Shown: positions 57,590 through 64,000 of the stretch, one piece after another | Position numbering within the stretch: position 1 is the stretch's first letter | Layout: every line of letters begins with the position of its first letter | Origin: Octopus vulgaris | Lineage: Eukaryota | Direction of reading: 5' to 3' | Assembly (NCBI GenBank): GCA_951406725.2 | Contig: OX597837.1 | Location: 20,088,001 to 20,152,000, forward strand | DNA length: 64,000 nucleotides | Notes under the pieces: generated by a model | Told to the model about the DNA's origin: nothing | The model's input: only the letters and a program-made list of their open reading frames with translations | Database searches by the model: none | Translations under genes and position numbers: made by a program

Positions 57590-57892
57590 TATACATTGTT
57601 ATAGCACCGGTCATTGATTATCCGAAACAGCTGTCAAATAGGATTCGGCTGCAACATTTATTTGCATAGGCAAATTTTGAAAATGATCTCTCCTTGGGAA
57701 TAAACCCTCAGTTTCTTATATGTGTGTAACATCAGTTATTGCCCACACCCTCGATATCATAACTGGCGATTTCATGTATTTGCGAATTGAAAAAGTCCTT
57801 TTCTCAATGTTGCCACCATTGTAGACTCTATTGAACCTGTAAAGAATTGAATTATGTGTGCGTGTATGTGTGTGTATGTATGTATATGCGTC

Positions 57893-57933
<41 letters not shown>

Positions 57934-58063
57934 TATATTAAATTAGAGATAAAACCACTATTAGGAAAATCATACAATGAAAAACTTAAGCCATTACATA
58001 AGATTAATTAATTTATATTATTTTAAATATATATCCAAATTATTAAAAAAAGATAATTAGTAT

Positions 58064-58130
58064 AACACTACGATCGTTTCATGGCTGTCCAATTCGTAAA
58101 AATTCGAGTTACAGTCATTCTTCAGGTGAT
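58064..58130 (-). ncRNA. type I hammerhead ribozyme, canonical core
   Basis: cac-CUGAAGA-AUGACUGU..ACAGCCAU-GAAA-CGAUCG-UA-gug, with palindromic stem III ACGAUCGU. Inside (TA)n-flanked mini-element 57935-58156. Confidence 0.78.
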
Positions 58131-59014
58131 TGAAATATTTAACTTGGCGAGGTTTAATATATATATATATATATAGGTGTTTCGCTCAGAAACACACACA
58201 TCGCCCGGTCTGAGATTCGAACCCGCGATCCCTCGACCGCAAGTCCGCTGCTCTAACCACTAGGCCATGTTCCTCCACTTCATGTCAGCATGAATGTCAT
58301 TGGAAGCCAAACCCTTTTCCCACCAGTACTTGATAACACCAAGATGCAAAATTGTGTCTATTTTCAAGAGAAATCGCTACTAGTTACTTTTCAAATCTTC
58401 TACATACATACATACATACATACATACACATACATACATACATACATACATACATACATACATTCACATACATACATACATACATACATACATACATACA
58501 TACATACATACATACATACATACATACATACAAACATACATACATACATTCACATACATACATACATACATACATACATACATACATACATACATACATA
58601 CGCACATACAAACATACATACATACATACATACATACATACATACATACATACATACATACATACATACATACATACATACATACATACATACATACATA
58701 CATACGCACATACAAACATACATACAGACAGACTGATAATAAAACCACAAAAAGCCCTGTGAAATATGAATGGCAAATTGAATCAATATTTTGACCAGGA
58801 AACCCAGGGTGGCTGTATTTCACAAAGCATTATGTGGTCTTTATTTTAATATCGTTACTCTCTTAAATGACCAAATGTTATACTACTTGTTGAAACCTTA
58901 CCACACAGTACATACATACATACATACATACATACATACATACATACATACATGCATACATACACACATACACACAAACGCTCACAAGCACACATGTGCA
59001 TATATATATATATA

Positions 59015-59375
59015 CTAGCAGTATCGCCCGGCGTTGCTCAGGTTTGTAAGGGAAATAACTATAAAGCATTTTTAGAGAGTTATAGCCAAAAAATGGAAAA
59101 AAATGATGGTAAATTTTTTTTGAGAGTAAAAATAGGTGGAGTTGCGTCCCCTAGACGGTTTGTGTTTCTGATTCTCGACCCCATGTCGAATTTATCGATT
59201 TTTTTTCAGAACTGGGGGAACTTTTCAAAATTTTCGCTGCGTTAGTTTTGAATTATGACATTGGGCTATGTGTGTGTCAAGTTTCATCAGAATCGGTTGA
59301 AAGCCGTGGTCAGGGTGAGGGTACAAGCAAACAGACACACAGAAACACGCACAGACAAACTGCCGTTTATATAGA
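59015..59375 (-). mobile_element. non-autonomous Helitron
   Basis: Minus strand: A|TCTATATAAA start; 3' hairpin CTGAGCAACGCCGGG followed by CTAG|T. Confidence 0.85.
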
Positions 59376-59477
59376 TATATATATATATATATATATATAT
59401 ATGCTTCAGGTGGGGAAACTATTGGCCAAGGAAACCGGGAAACCGGCCCTTATGAGCCAGGTGTGGCTCGAGAAGGA

Positions 59478-60370
59478 ACATACTGACATGGTTGCTACAT
59501 TAACGAATAACATTCTATCTTTGTCAACAGTGCAAAAGTGGGCAGCTGAATTTAGGAGGAGAAAGGAGAATCTTGAAGAAGATCCAACGTCTGCACCACC
59601 GCTGAGGAAAACATTGATCCTGTTCGCCACATGGTGACGAATGACTGGCGACTAACTATGAATAATTGCCAATGTTATGAGCAATGACCCGTGAGAGAGT
59701 TAAGAATATTCTGCTCAATGAACTTGTCATGAGGAATGTTTCTGGTCTGTTGGTGTCATGTCTTCTGACACCTGATCAAAAGTGTACCACGCTTGGCCAA
59801 AACACTGCAAAATCTGACATTGTTTGAGCAGATCCAGCTGGTTTCCTTGAACGTTTCCTGAGCCAAGATGAGTGTTGGCTTCGTAACTTTGGGCCAGAGA
59901 GAAAGAGACAATCCATGCAGTGGAAACACCTCTCCTCAACTTTTCCAAAGAAGAGACATGGTCGTTTCCTCTACACAGAAAGTGATGACCTCAGTTTTGG
60001 TGGATACAAAGGGCATTGTTTATTGACTATCGTCAAAAGGGCCACGCCGTCAATGGAGGGTACTATGCCAACTGGCTGAAGCGGTTACAAAAGGCTATCA
60101 AGACCGAACGCCCAGGAAAACTGACGAAAGAGGTCTTGTTTCAGCAGAACAATACTCCAGTACACAAATCCTTCATTTCAAGTTGCTGTGTGTGACTGTG
60201 ACTTTGAACGTGTTGATCACTCTTCCTATTCTCCTGATTTGATCCCATCTAACTACCCTTTGTCCCTTTGTCCCCTAGCATGAAAAAAACACTTGGCTGG
60301 GAACCAGTATCGCATTGATGATGATGTCATGTCTGTTGCTACTAGTTACTTTTGAAGTCTTTGAACAGTA
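59478..60370 (+). pseudogene. mariner transposase (irritans-like), decayed
   Basis: STVQKWAAEFRR..LEEDP; QDECW; QSMQWKH; KVM.SV..D.KGI; YYA..LKRL; YSPDLIPSNY. Confidence 0.88.
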
Positions 60371-60686
60371 GGACGCCAGTTTACTAGGAAAGAAACAAGG
60401 CAGTCATTAATGCATGCAAGATTCCATAGCTCTAGTATCACTCCTTCAAAGTCAGCCTCTGATCATTTCAGCCCATCCTTGTATTTCCGATCGATCTGAT
60501 GATTCACCCTGTTATTGCTCTGAGGGCTTCAGTTGTGACGAAGAATCTATTTATTGCGTGAGGTGACGGTGTGATTGATTCTTCAGCTTTCATCGAACAC
60601 ATCAACTCTACTGTATGCATTGAGTACCTAATGATTTATTTATCTATCGATCTATCTACCAATCTCTCTTTTTCTCTCTCCATATA

Positions 60687-60798
<112 letters not shown>

Positions 60799-60852
60799 TG
60801 TATATATGTATGTATGTATGTATGTATGTGTATATGTATGTATGTGTATATG

Positions 60853-60894
<42 letters not shown>

Positions 60895-60935
60895 GGTCTC
60901 ATTCTTTTGTTGTTACTTTTTATTTTTATTATATT

Positions 60936-60990
<55 letters not shown>

Positions 60991-61270
60991 CACATATATG
61001 TCTAAATATATGGACATATATATACATACACACACACCATACATACATAAATGTATACATGTATATACATTTACATGTATGTGCAATGCCTTGGAGACAT
61101 ACTTCGTGGAAAAACTAGCACACAGTCTGCAGTGAATGGTTCAATATAATTATTACGACTAATCTTATCTAATTACGACTTGTCTTATCGAATTATGAAA
61201 CACAGTAAAACACTTGGCCTTGCTTCTCCGAGAAAATCGAAACAGTTAAGAAGGAACGATGTTCTGGTCA

Positions 61271-61328
<58 letters not shown>

Positions 61329-61459
61329 TCTATTTGAGTGTGTAGATCAAAATATTTGTACAGTCGCACACAAGTGCGTGTATATGTATTTATGTATATA
61401 CGCACGCATAAAAGCCTCTCTTAATGTATATCTATACGTGTATGCAAGTGTGTGTGTGG

Positions 61460-61542
<83 letters not shown>

Positions 61543-61683
61543 GATATGTATACGCGTATTTCTTTACCCCGCTGTCGATTTATGCCTTCTTCCTTTGGAC
61601 TTAGCTTATTCTACAGACACATCACATATATACATACTTAGTACATATGTGTGAGAGCTTGTATGTGAGACTATAGATGTATG

Positions 61684-62005
61684 GGGAAGGCACGTGGTAT
61701 ATTGCTTACGATATTCGGCTTACAATTGTAAGGTCCTGAGTTCGATACACGGCGGCGCGTTGTGTCCTTGAGCAAGACACTTCATTTCACGTTCCTCCAG
61801 TTCACTCAGCTGGAGAATATGAATAGTACCTGTAACTCAAAGGGGCCAGCTTTGTCACAATCCGTGTTACGCTGAATCTCCATGACAACTACGTTAGTGG
61901 TATGCGTGTCTGTGAATTGCTCAGCCATTTGCACGCTAATTTCGTGAGAAGACTGTTCCACTGGTCGGACCAATTGAACCACTCGTCGAAACCGACGGAG
62001 TGCCA
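61684..62005 (+). mobile_element. SINE family C
   Basis: Colinear with 5470-5800. Confidence 0.85.
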
Positions 62006-62020
62006 GTTATGTAGATAGAT

Positions 62021-62182
62021 TTGTGAGTTCAAATTCCGCCGAGGTCGACTTTGCCTTTCATCCTTTCGGGGTCGATAAATTAAGTACCAGTTATGCACTG
62101 GGGTCGATGTAATCGATTTAATACCTATGTCTGTCTATGTTTGTCCCCTCTATGTTTAGCCCCTTGTGGATAATAAAGAGAT
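62021..62182 (+). mobile_element. 5'-truncated young SINE B
   Basis: TSD AGTTATGTAGATAGAT at 62005-62020 and 62183-62198. Confidence 0.9.
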
Positions 62183-62199
62183 AGTTATGTAGATAGATA

Positions 62200-63190
62200 C
62201 AGGAGTTGGACAAGATAATGAAAGCACCTTGTTAATTGGAAGTTGGATTAATGAATGCGGAGTTGGTCCACCTCTAGCATCCGTCACAGGTTTAATGCAT
62301 CGAGAAATTGACTCATACAGGTCCTGAACTTTTGTTAGGGAATGGAATTTTAAGTCATTCTTCAAGTAGAACCTGCCGGAGTTCTTTCGGTGCAGCGACG
62401 ATGGCGAAGGGAATCGACTGCTCGCTTCCTGCTCCAAAATGCACCGTAATTGTTCGATTATACTGAGATGGGATTATTGGGAAGGGTGACGTGGGGTGAC
62501 GTGGAATGGAGTGATGTGGGTGGGGTGAGGTGAGATGGGGAGGGTGAAGTGGGGTGGGTGGGGTGAGGTGAGATAGGATGGTTGTGTGGGTGGTGTTTTG
62601 TTGCAATCGAAGTGGCCTACTTCACTTTTGTGTACTTCGTGCGAATTTTAAATAACATTAGACGTGTGAATCGGCTAATGTTATTATCGCCCCTGGAAGA
62701 TTTCGCTGTCATTAGAGAACGATGTTTTGCACGATAGGAAAGGACACGATAAACCAAGATGCTCAGACAATGCTTGACGTTCACTCTGCCGTGTAGAACA
62801 AACTAAAGGACCGAAAGATCTCTGTGATATGACTGCGAAAATGACTATAGAGCCATCTCCATGGGACAAACAGTCAAGGTTGAAGGCTTCTTTGGATTGT
62901 CCTTACACACAAACTCACAAACCCACAAAGTAGGCTAAAGGAGAATGGGAATTCATCAGAAATGATAAGGTTCCATTGAGGTATTAACCAGTTCTTAGAT
63001 CCTAGAAACTATTTTTCCGCACTCATCAATGTTGATGGAGTCCAGGTGAGATTTAGTAATTACAGGCCATTTGCTGCATTCTAGTTTTATGGAGCTCATG
63101 AGGGTTGCATAACTAGTTTTCAGGCGATCTGGGAGTATTTACAGAAGATTTAGGCTCAATTTTTTTAACAGGTGAAGCAATTGTGTGGAG
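62200..63190 (-). pseudogene. Tc1 (DD34E) transposon remnant with one TIR
   Basis: TA-CAGGAGTTGGACAAGATAATG TIR; ISDE; HGDGS.VIFA.IS; IFQ.DN; SHLSIIE; DLYESISR..ARGGPTP. Confidence 0.82.
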
Positions 63191-63199
63191 GCTTCTTCA

Positions 63200-63438
63200 C
63201 TTGCGCTGATGTTGGTGACAGTGTTGGTGTAGGTTTTGTTTTTGTTTACTTTTTGTAGCAGTGGCATTACTATCGCTTCTGCTAAGATGTTGGAGATGTT
63301 GTTTCATGTGTGGGTGGGGATGGGTAGTGGGTGGTGGCTTTTGGTGGTGGTCGTCATCGTGCTGGTGGTGCTGGTGGCGGTACTGCCACTGGTACTGCAG
63401 ATGGAGCTGGTGCTGGTAAATTGTTGTTGTTGTTGCCG

Positions 63439-63488
<50 letters not shown>

Positions 63489-63644
63489 GGTGGTGGTGGT
63501 GGTGGTGGTGGTATTGGTGGTAATGATGATGTTGGTCGTGATGCTGGTTTTAGTGGTGCTGGTGCTGGTGTTGCCGCAGCGGTGGCGGCGGCGGTGGTGA
63601 TGGTCGTGGTGGTCATGATGGTGGTGTTGGTGTTGTTGGTGTTG

Positions 63645-63676
<32 letters not shown>

Positions 63677-63908
63677 GGTGACGGTGGTGGTGATGCTGAT
63701 TTTAGTGGTGGTGTAGGCGTCGCTGCTGCGGTGGTGGTGGTTATTGCGGGGGGGGGGGGGGGTGATTGACAAGGGTGGTGACGCTTCTGGTGGTTGTGGT
63801 TGTGGTTGTGGTTGTGGTCGTGGTGCTGGGGCCGACAGTGAGGTTGGTGGCCGGTTGTGTTGATAGCAACGTTAGCGAACGGTGGCCATCATTGAGATGT
63901 CGTTGGTG

Positions 63909-63940
<32 letters not shown>

Positions 63941-63975
63941 GGTGACGGTGTTCATGCTGGTTGGTGTTGGCTGCG
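63200..63975. repeat. mixed trinucleotide low-complexity tract (GGT/GTT/GCT/GAT)n
   Basis: Directly visible. Confidence 0.9.
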
Positions 63976-64000
63976 ATGCAGATTATAAAGTGTCGCCTTA

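Noticed and set aside
57745-57838. Possible minus-strand exon after TTCTTTACAG (FNRVYNGGNIEKRTFSIRKYMKSPVMISR)
   Set aside because: Weak donor, no recognisable protein similarity and no partner exons.
63197-63772. 191-aa Pro/Thr/Asn/His-rich ORF
   Set aside because: Mixed trinucleotide low-complexity tract, with no domain or splice evidence.

Overview
Eukaryotic, AT-rich DNA saturated with microsatellites and transposons. The tRNA-derived SINE families and very high (TA)n/(CA)n/(TACA)n/(TAA)n load point to an Octopus (coleoid cephalopod) genome; this is inferred from recognition of the repeats, not from a search. I found no convincing host gene, so the window is probably intergenic or inside a very large intron, and almost all listed ORFs are microsatellite artefacts. 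Recognisable content: decayed mariner/Tc1 transposases, two non-autonomous Helitrons, hAT- and Tc1-type MITEs, fragments of RTE, CR1-group, R4/Dong and Tx1-like LINEs, a Penelope-like (GIY-YIG) element, and about 40 copies of four SINE families. The most interesting layer is RNA-level. (1) At least 8 hammerhead ribozyme motifs sit in Penelope-type mini-elements, including canonical ones (44854-44944, 58064-58130), a G3-C8 compensatory core and recurrent A6U/U4C cores. (2) A 355-bp highly structured insertion with an 11-bp TSD resembles a retrozyme. (3) One SINE appears to have swapped its 3' tail for a Tx1-like LINE tail and now inserts at GNTAT sites, including one inside its own body, building nested tandem arrays. 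(4) There are many fold-back palindromes. All structures were read by eye and not folded computationally.
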